A program made the position numbers and the translations under genes. From Oligoflexales bacterium (lineage in GTDB: Bacteria; Bdellovibrionota_B; Oligoflexia; Oligoflexales; RGVZ01), in contig JBIIGV010000069.1 in the NCBI GenBank assembly GCA_044236265.1, positions 1 to 15,320 of the forward strand: a stretch of DNA of 15,320 nt, in the 5' to 3' direction. This document shows positions 1 through 6,562 of the stretch, one piece after another. Position 1 is the first letter of the stretch, and every line of letters starts with the position of its first letter. A model generated the notes under the pieces. The model was given only the letters and a program-made list of their open reading frames with translations, was not told the origin of the DNA and made no database searches.

Positions 1-38
1 GACACTTCATGAAAACACTCACATTAAGATGGTTGACT

Positions 39-73
39 GAAAAAAATTTCAGCGGCAAACACGCCGCTGGAAA
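39..73 (-). terminator. Rho-independent terminator of the ABC ATPase-acyltransferase-HAD operon
   Basis: On the minus strand, just after the HAD stop: CAGCGGC-GTGTTT-GCCGCTG (perfect 7-bp GC-rich stem, + strand 50-56/63-69), then AAA and a run of 7 T. Confidence 0.8.
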
Positions 74-74
74 C

Positions 75-1007
75 CTATTTTCCCTCGATACCAAGCTCCT
101 TCAAGAGATCGGCAAATGCCGCAAACACCACGCTAGGCTTAGGGGCAGCCGGATCATCAACTTTGATGTAAACATTCTTGTGGACGTTCTGCGTCGGACT
201 GAATAACGCCAAACTGGCTAAAATGCCCTGATCAAGCCTCGTGCCGTACTCAGCCCATGCACTGCGAACGCCCAGGCGATTGCCTAGACCAATATCTTTG
301 CGAAGATTGTCGCCAATCCACAAAACATTTTTGCGATGCTCGACTGGTTCGTCCAATTCGTAATCCATAAGTACAGTTTTAAGACCACGGACTCCTGGCT
401 TTTCGTAATCGTCAGGCAAAATTCGAATTCTACCCTTGAATCCAAAATTACTTTGCTGAAGGTGCTTGAGCAAAATTTCCGGATCCACCTTAACCCGGCG
501 ATTGACCTCGCAGGTTGGCACCCGCGGGTCTGGCAATCCATAAACTGCATGAAAGAATTCCAGAAGACCAAGCTTGTTTAGCTTCCACATGGCGACATAG
601 CGCGGCGCATCCGTTAATGCAATGATCGGCAAGTCTGGGTAGTGACGTTTGATCTCACTAAGCGTCCTGTGAACATCCTGATAGGGCTTAAGAACTTGCG
701 CAGCCTCTTTCATAAAGGCTTCACGACCTTTGAATACGGCCTCGTTAAGCATGGCATCGATCTTGTTGCCATAGAATTCATTAACAGACTTAAGCTCCTG
801 AATCAGAAACGGATATTCGATACTGCCGTGAGTGGTGAAGACATCCTTGGCCTCTGCTGCAAGCACCTCGCGCGTTGAGCCAATAACGCCGGCGACAGTG
901 TCGAGCAGTGCATTAAACGAGGCCACATAATAATTGACCCAGTCAAACACCGTATTGTCGATGTCAGTTACAACCAATTGATAGGGACTAACTTTGCGCT
1001 TACTCAA
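75..1007 (-). CDS. HAD-superfamily hydrolase (probable phosphatase, substrate unknown)
   Basis: All four HAD motifs are present: I (VVTDIDNT), II (ALTDA), III (YEKPG) and IV (WIGDNLRKD). TTG start with GAAGG 5 nt upstream. Confidence 0.88.
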   Translation of the reverse strand: MSKRKVSPYQLVVTDIDNTVFDWVNYYVASFNALLDTVAGVIGSTREVLAAEAKDVFTTHGSIEYPFLIQELKSVNEFYGNKIDAMLNEAVFKGREAFMKEAAQVLKPYQDVHRTLSEIKRHYPDLPIIALTDAPRYVAMWKLNKLGLLEFFHAVYGLPDPRVPTCEVNRRVKVDPEILLKHLQQSNFGFKGRIRILPDDYEKPGVRGLKTVLMDYELDEPVEHRKNVLWIGDNLRKDIGLGNRLGVRSAWAEYGTRLDQGILASLALFSPTQNVHKNVYIKVDDPAAPKPSVVFAAFADLLKELGIEGK

Positions 1008-1025
1008 GGGTGCCTTCAGTGAATG

Positions 1026-1874
1026 CTACTTCCAGCGATCGTGCACCCACCAATACTGGTCGGGACAACGCCGAATAATCTCCTCCACTATTGTATTGCA
1101 TTGGGCAGCTCGACTCAAAATATCGGCCTGCAAGTCACCGGTCGACGTAAATTCAATCTCGGGAAGAACCCGTATGATATGGCGCCCAAAGCCGACACGC
1201 TCGCTGTAGGCTGGAATCACTGGTGCGGGGCACTTTTCCCAAATCGCACCGAGGCTTGTATTGGTTTTGGCGGGTTTGCCAAAGAGCGGAATCCGCGGTT
1301 CGCCCGGACGGGCCTGGTCAACCATAAAGCCTGCAATCCGCTTTTCTTCCAAAGCGCGGCGCATAGCCAAAAACCCCTCGCCCTTTTTCGTACGAACAAA
1401 TGCGTCCATGCCTTGCTTGGCCCGATTTTCAAAGATGAAGCGGTTGACCCCTGGCATAGATCCAATCTTTTTAACCGGGGTGGTCACTTTGGCAAACGCC
1501 CGGGAGAACTTCATGGCTAATGCCTCGAAGTTTCCACAGTGAACACAGATGATGTAGACGCCCTTACCTTTGGCTAAAGCATCCCGCAAAATTTCAGGAT
1601 GATCGACCGTGACCCTAGGCTCCATGTCATTGGTGTAAACCCAAAAAAGCTCAATGACCGTTGTCACAAGGTGAATCATCGCTCTACGACCAATAGCCAC
1701 GGCCTGCCCATGCGGCAGGTCGGGAAATGCGATTTTAATATTTCTAACAACCAAAGCCCGTCGCAGACGAACAACGTCGAAAAGAAACACACCTAAACAA
1801 GTGGCAAACCCGGAAAGCAGGGACTCAGGGAGTGCGCCAATCAAACGCGCAAAGGCCGACATCAAAAAATACAA
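1026..1874 (-). CDS. Lipid A biosynthesis acyltransferase family protein (LpxL/HtrB-like)
   Basis: Catalytic HX4E motif (HCGNFE), N-terminal RRALVVRNIKIAFP, FMVDQ, IPLFGKPA and C-terminal PDQYWWVHDRWK. TTG start with GAGGTG 8 nt upstream. Confidence 0.9.
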   Translation of the reverse strand: MYFLMSAFARLIGALPESLLSGFATCLGVFLFDVVRLRRALVVRNIKIAFPDLPHGQAVAIGRRAMIHLVTTVIELFWVYTNDMEPRVTVDHPEILRDALAKGKGVYIICVHCGNFEALAMKFSRAFAKVTTPVKKIGSMPGVNRFIFENRAKQGMDAFVRTKKGEGFLAMRRALEEKRIAGFMVDQARPGEPRIPLFGKPAKTNTSLGAIWEKCPAPVIPAYSERVGFGRHIIRVLPEIEFTSTGDLQADILSRAAQCNTIVEEIIRRCPDQYWWVHDRWK

Positions 1875-1907
1875 CTCTCGGTCACCTCAAGAATGGATCG
1901 CGGCACC

Positions 1908-2726
1908 TCAGGGGTGCGAGCCACCCTGGTGCCAATAGCGGTCGATAAATTGACCCGGCAAATCTAACTCCCGGGCATACTCCTCATCAAGGCCAATAAG
2001 TCTGACACTTAAGAAATGCCGGACCCATTCAGGGCCATTAACGATCAAGTCTCGCCAAGCACCATCGGCCACCACCCGCCCCTCGTGGACAATCACAACG
2101 CGGTCGGCAAATCTGATCGCTATTTCAACATTAGAGGTCGCCACCACCAAGGCCTGTTCCGCCGTCTTACCAGCAAGATCCCGAATCATGTTCAAGATGA
2201 TGGTCGAGGTCACCGGGTCTAAGCCGGCTGTTGGTTCATCAAAAAAAGCCACCACCGGGTCTGTAGCTAGGGCGCGGACAATACCCACCCGTCGCTGCAT
2301 TCCTCCAGACAACTCAAAGGGATACTGCTGCTCGGTGCGTCCAATTTTAACAGCCTGCAGGAGCTCTTTGACCCGACGGTCCATCTCTTCAGCTGAAAAA
2401 TCAGTCATGTGCTCCATGGCAAAAAAGAGGTTTTCCCGGACAGTCATAAAATCAAACAGGGCCCCCTGCTGAAAGGCCATGCCCACTTTCCGCAAAACTT
2501 GACGCCGCTCAGTGTCGGAAGACATGGCTAGCATGTCTTTGCCCATAAGTTCTACAGATCCTCCGTCTGGGTTCAAAAGTCCCAGAATAATTTTAAGAAT
2601 TGTGGTCTTTCCACACCCACCAGGCCCAAGCAGGCTGATGCGTTCGCCCGGCTCCACCGTAAAGGAGATATCTTCGAGCAGCACGTCGCTTCCAAAGGAT
2701 TTTTTGACACCTTTCAGGGAAATCAC
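1908..2726 (-). CDS. ABC transporter ATP-binding protein, MlaF/Mkl-like, with atypical H-loop
   Basis: Walker A GPGGCGKT, Q-loop AFQQGALFD, signature LSGGMQRRV and Walker B/D-loop FFDEPTAGLDP. Start moved from the ORF track's 2873 to GTG 2726, because GGAGG lies at 2733-2737, a promoter lies just upstream, and the longer ORF would overlap the divergent gene. Confidence 0.9.
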   Translation of the reverse strand: MISLKGVKKSFGSDVLLEDISFTVEPGERISLLGPGGCGKTTILKIILGLLNPDGGSVELMGKDMLAMSSDTERRQVLRKVGMAFQQGALFDFMTVRENLFFAMEHMTDFSAEEMDRRVKELLQAVKIGRTEQQYPFELSGGMQRRVGIVRALATDPVVAFFDEPTAGLDPVTSTIILNMIRDLAGKTAEQALVVATSNVEIAIRFADRVVIVHEGRVVADGAWRDLIVNGPEWVRHFLSVRLIGLDEEYARELDLPGQFIDRYWHQGGSHP

Positions 2727-2761
2727 CTGCAGCCTCCGGGATGTTAATGGATCATTGCAAC

Positions 2762-2790
2762 ATTGTAAGGCAGAACAGGAAGGCTCGCAA
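2762..2790 (-). promoter_or_regulatory. Putative sigma70-type promoter of the ABC ATPase operon
   Basis: Minus strand reads TTGCGA-N17-TACAAT, ending 35 nt upstream of the GTG start at 2726. Confidence 0.6.
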
Positions 2791-2863
2791 TTTCTCAGCT
2801 GGTTAAAAATGCAGGAATTTGTCATCATTCCATCATCCGAACGGCGACACAACATCGACGGGT

Positions 2864-4060
2864 ATGATGGCAAATCCTAAACCAGACTTTCAGAATACTG
2901 AGATAGCGTTCAAGCACTTAAGCGATCGCGATCTTTACCGCGCGTGGTCGCTTTTTCGTACGATCAATTTCAAACCATTGGTCGTCGCAGGGCCCCCGAT
3001 TCTTTCGGCAGCCTTGAAACTGCGCCTTCCTGTCAAATCATTGGTCCGCGCAACGGTCTTCAAACAGTTCTGTGGCGGTGAAACACTTGATGAATGTCAG
3101 GAGACCGTTGAGCAGCTTTCCAAGGGCGGCGTCTACAGTATTCTTGATTACGGTGTTGAAGGCGAAAAAACTGAAGCCGGATTCGACGCCGCCATGCGTG
3201 AAGTCCTGAACACGGTTCGTGCGGCAAAAGGCCAGCCAAGGATTCCATTTTGTGTTTTCAAACTCACGGCACTCGCACGTTTTGAGCTACTGGAGAAAGT
3301 TTCAGAGATCGGCGTCAACAGCATGACTGGAGATTTAGCCAACGAATGGCAGCGAGTCGAAGCGAGAGTCAGTAAAATTTGTGATGAGGCCATTCGCGCT
3401 GGAAAACAAGTCATGATTGATGCTGAGGAAACGTGGATTCAGCCAGCCATCGATCACCTAGCTTTTGCTATGATGCGTAAACACAACCGGGCGTCCGGAG
3501 TCGTGTTTACAACCATCCAAATGTACTGCAAGCAAGGACTAAGCAATGTACAAAAATTACTAGCGCTCGGTGCTGCAGAGGGATTTATTCCTGCCATCAA
3601 ACTTGTTCGCGGGGCTTACATGGAGAAGGAGCGGGCACGCGCCGCCGCGCGAGGTTATGAAAGCCCAATCCACCCCGATAAAGCAGCCACCGACAAAGCC
3701 TACGATGATGCATTGGCCGTGATCCTTGGAAACAACTCTCCAGCCTTCCTATGTGCTGGCACCCACAACGCGAACTCCTGCCAAAGAACCATTGCGTTAA
3801 TGGAAAAAGGAAACATGAGTCCTGACCATGCCCGAGTTTGGTTCGCACAGCTTTTAGGTATGAGTGATGATCTATCTTTTAATTTGGCGAGTGCTGGCTA
3901 TCACGCTGCGAAGTACTTACCATACGGACCTATCGCAGCTGTGCTGCCTTATCTGTTCCGGCGTGCAGAAGAAAACACGAGTATTGCTGGACAGTCCGGC
4001 CGCGAACTGCAGCTTATAGAACGAGAGCTACGTCGACGCTCACAATGCAGTCGAAGCTAG
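2864..4060 (+). CDS. Proline dehydrogenase (monofunctional PRODH family)
   Basis: PRODH motifs FKQFCGGET, ILDYGVEG, MIDAEETWIQ, TIQMY, IKLVRGAYMEKE, AGTHN, FAQLLGM and KYLPYG...YLFRRAEEN. No P5C dehydrogenase domain. Start taken as ATG 2864 (2867 is an alternative). Confidence 0.93.
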   Translation: MMANPKPDFQNTEIAFKHLSDRDLYRAWSLFRTINFKPLVVAGPPILSAALKLRLPVKSLVRATVFKQFCGGETLDECQETVEQLSKGGVYSILDYGVEGEKTEAGFDAAMREVLNTVRAAKGQPRIPFCVFKLTALARFELLEKVSEIGVNSMTGDLANEWQRVEARVSKICDEAIRAGKQVMIDAEETWIQPAIDHLAFAMMRKHNRASGVVFTTIQMYCKQGLSNVQKLLALGAAEGFIPAIKLVRGAYMEKERARAAARGYESPIHPDKAATDKAYDDALAVILGNNSPAFLCAGTHNANSCQRTIALMEKGNMSPDHARVWFAQLLGMSDDLSFNLASAGYHAAKYLPYGPIAAVLPYLFRRAEENTSIAGQSGRELQLIERELRRRSQCSRS

Positions 4061-4066
4061 AGACAT

Positions 4067-4684
4067 TTAAGTTCCCTGATTGTTCCGTGCACTCAATGTC
4101 ATTTGCACGATTTTGGTCACAGAGTTGACACCCATCTTACTCATAATCCTGGCTCGATGATTGTCTACGGTATAACTGGATATACCTAGTTCCTGACCAA
4201 TTTTCTTCGAGGATTTGCCCTCACAAAGAAAATGCAAAATTTCACGCTCACGATCCGTCAGCGATGCGATGGCTTGAATTGTTTTCACGTGATTTGACAT
4301 CTTACTTAGACGCTCTCCATTAACGCGCATTGCTTCGCTGATTTTAGCGAGCAGAACTTCGGGAGCGAAATTTTTAGGACAGTAATCGTAGACGCCATTT
4401 TTGGTGGCTTGAACTGCAAGCTGCATATCCATAACCGAGGTGAACATGATAACCGGCAGAACACGGGCAGAATCAGAGATGCGGCCTAGAAGCTCAATCC
4501 CGGAAAGGCCGGGCAAGCGGATATCGAGGAGAAGACAACCTTCAAGAGAACGATCCCAGCGATCGAGGAATTCCTCGCCGCTACGAAACAATACAACATT
4601 GTAACCATTGGCGGTTAAAAGCGCGCAGACATCATCCGAAATCGTGTCGTCTTGTTCGACAAAATAGATGTTGCCTTGAATCAA
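4067..4684 (-). CDS. FixJ/LuxR-family DNA-binding response regulator
   Basis: REC domain (CLLLDIRLPGLSGIELL, PVIMFTS) plus LuxR-type HTH (LTDREREIL...SSKKIGQELGISSYTVDNHRARIMSKMGV). TTG start with GAGGGGGG upstream. Confidence 0.92.
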   Translation of the reverse strand: MIQGNIYFVEQDDTISDDVCALLTANGYNVVLFRSGEEFLDRWDRSLEGCLLLDIRLPGLSGIELLGRISDSARVLPVIMFTSVMDMQLAVQATKNGVYDYCPKNFAPEVLLAKISEAMRVNGERLSKMSNHVKTIQAIASLTDREREILHFLCEGKSSKKIGQELGISSYTVDNHRARIMSKMGVNSVTKIVQMTLSARNNQGT

Positions 4685-4802
4685 CGAGCCCCCCTCGGAA
4701 CACTTTTGATTTATGCTAAGATTCTTACAAGAAAATCAAATTTCGAGCAACAAAATGTAAGTATTTTTTCGCATAGTGTCTTTCAACTATCGTTGTACAA
4801 GT

Positions 4803-4831
4803 TTGACATCAACGCCTTGATGGAAAACAAT
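4803..4831 (+). promoter_or_regulatory. Possible sigma70-type promoter overlapped by an inverted repeat
   Basis: TTGACA-N17-AACAAT (perfect -35, imperfect -10). CATCAA-CGCC-TTGATG lies at 4807-4822. Confidence 0.35.
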
Positions 4832-4872
4832 TAAAGCAGCCATAACCTTTGCTTCTGATTGGGGACTTCAGG

Positions 4873-5640
4873 ATGACACTGCATTCAGTTTTGAAAGGTC
4901 GCACTTGGGTAAAACAGTTAGTTTTGATCACTATCGCATTGAGTCAGTACTCATCCTGCGGAGACGACAATGCCGATCGCCCTGAGGTCTTGAAAAAGCT
5001 TCGAACGTTGGGAGTAGAGCAGAACCCGATTAATGCAAAACCGGGAGACTCTGTCAATTTGACGTTCTACTTGGCTGGCCCCCAGGGGCTGACCATTGCT
5101 CCGTCCGTCGAACTGGACACTGTCAGCCGCTACGGAGTGGCTCAACCCGTAACGCCAATTGATGCGCAACCCACTGAAACCGCTGTCGGGCCTCTTAGTT
5201 TGTACGCTTACCGCACCACATTATCCGTCCCAACAGATAATGCGCTGGTGGCTGCAAGCCTCGCCAAGCAGGGGTATGCTCGACTACGCTACAAAGTAAG
5301 ATTTTCGGCTGGATCTGAGTATGAAGCCGTTGTCGGTGATACGGTGGTCTACCCGCCGACAGCCCCTCAGTTGGCCTGGAAGTCACCTGAAATCGCCATC
5401 AGTAAACCGGTTGACGCCGCAGCGTCGGGTACTATTGACTTGGAGGGGGCCATCTCATCTGAGGGCAGCGAATCCTACCGCGTCTCTTGGTTTGTGTCTG
5501 ATGGCAAAGTCAAAAATCGCCGCGCCAAGATCACGTCTTGGTCTGATGCTGCTAAAGGAAGCCAAACTCTTATCATGACCGTCCGTGGAACAAAATCAGG
5601 GGCATTTGTCCTTAAGTCACAATCGGTCACGTTGAACTAA
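4873..5640 (+). CDS. Hypothetical protein, probable lipoprotein
   Basis: 255-codon ORF filling the gap between two minus-strand genes. ATG 4873 is preceded by GGGGA. Basic N-terminus, hydrophobic LVLITIAL, then SS-C-GDD. The body looks beta-rich; no family recognised. Confidence 0.75.
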   Translation: MTLHSVLKGRTWVKQLVLITIALSQYSSCGDDNADRPEVLKKLRTLGVEQNPINAKPGDSVNLTFYLAGPQGLTIAPSVELDTVSRYGVAQPVTPIDAQPTETAVGPLSLYAYRTTLSVPTDNALVAASLAKQGYARLRYKVRFSAGSEYEAVVGDTVVYPPTAPQLAWKSPEIAISKPVDAAASGTIDLEGAISSEGSESYRVSWFVSDGKVKNRRAKITSWSDAAKGSQTLIMTVRGTKSGAFVLKSQSVTLN

Positions 5641-5642
5641 CG

Positions 5643-6374
5643 TCAACGTTTAGGGTTGAAGTAAAACTCTTCTTCCACATGACGTGGAGTCCCTTTGTAG
5701 ACCTCTGCCGCTAAAAATGCGCGCTCAGCTTCAAGCTTGCGCGCGCCGATACGTTTGCGCCAGCTACGCTGCTCGCTATCCCACCGGTAGCCATTTTGCC
5801 TCAAAATGTCTTTCGTCTCAAACGGACTACCGACAGCAATGATGTCATATTCAGGTTCATAGCTGGATTCGATCAATTCAGACAAATGGGGCGAGACGAG
5901 CCGAAATGTTGTTGCGCAATCAAACAATGCTCGATGCGCAAACGGATTGGCGAATCCATGATCTGCCGCCAAATACTGGAGCTTCGAACTTCCAAAATTC
6001 TTACTACGCCAGTCAATGTGTCTCACGCTGCAAGCCCAATGTTTTTGACTTCCTTTTAGTTCAGTTCTCGCCTCCAAAAAGCCACGATCAAATTCGGCGT
6101 TGTGCGCAACAACCACACTCGCACGGTCCCATAGTTTTTTTACGAGCACCCAGTCAATCATTTGACCTGAAAGAACCTCATCCGTGAGACCGGTCAAGCG
6201 ACTCACCTCTGGGGTCAACGCCATCTTGGGATCGTCCAGGCCCGAGTACATGCTACCGATTATGGGAACACCATTTGTGCCTACTCGAAATTCGATTAGA
6301 CCAAGCTCTATCACCTTGTCTTGAGTCGGGTTTAAGCCTGTTGTTTCAACATCAACAATCAATCCACAGTCCAC
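5643..6374 (-). CDS. DEDDh 3'-5' exonuclease (DNA polymerase III epsilon-like)
   Basis: ExoI VDVETTG, ExoII AHNAEFD and ExoIII HRALFD, with a short C-terminal extension (PFETKDILRQNGYRWD). GTG start with GAAGGGGG 5 nt upstream. Confidence 0.92.
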   Translation of the reverse strand: MDCGLIVDVETTGLNPTQDKVIELGLIEFRVGTNGVPIIGSMYSGLDDPKMALTPEVSRLTGLTDEVLSGQMIDWVLVKKLWDRASVVVAHNAEFDRGFLEARTELKGSQKHWACSVRHIDWRSKNFGSSKLQYLAADHGFANPFAHRALFDCATTFRLVSPHLSELIESSYEPEYDIIAVGSPFETKDILRQNGYRWDSEQRSWRKRIGARKLEAERAFLAAEVYKGTPRHVEEEFYFNPKR

Positions 6375-6562
6375 TTGAACCCCCTTCAGCGAGCATAAGT
6401 CCCATATCGATACACGTCGAAAGCAATCATTAAAGCGATGAAAAATTTACCTACTGCTTCGGACAAAGGCAAGCGTCATGTAAACTAAATGTAGAGCCAT
6501 TTTCAGATCTTTTGGTGCAATCAAAGAACCGTAAGTAAATTCAAACGGACTTGGGGAAACAC

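Noticed and set aside
1..10. Possible start of another minus-strand gene (ATG at 8-10)
   Set aside because: Only 10 nt are visible, which is too little to support a call.
1023..1520. 165-aa plus-strand ORF and the other short alternative-frame or antisense ORFs (e.g. 2512-2880, 6570-6971, 10387-10716, 10761-11162)
   Set aside because: They lie largely within well-supported genes and show no recognisable motifs, so they are treated as shadow ORFs.
2727..2873. 49-aa Cys-rich N-terminal extension of the ABC ATPase in the ORF track
   Set aside because: It spans the predicted promoter and RBS and overlaps the divergent PRODH start. GTG 2726 is better supported.
4807..4822. FNR/FixK box next to the FixJ-like gene
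   Set aside because: The half-sites are in the opposite order (ATCAA-N4-TTGAT) to the FNR consensus TTGAT-N4-ATCAA.
75..6374. Anti-phage defence island built from the HAD hydrolase and DEDDh exonuclease
   Set aside because: The genes are in separate transcription units among housekeeping genes, with no recognisable defence partners or mobility genes.
6420..6560. Possible c-di-GMP (GEMM) riboswitch upstream of the HD-GYP gene, prompted by ACAAAGGCAAG
   Set aside because: I could not find the GNRA-capped P2 stem, the GACGCAAAGC-type segment or P1 pairing. An Rfam scan would settle it.
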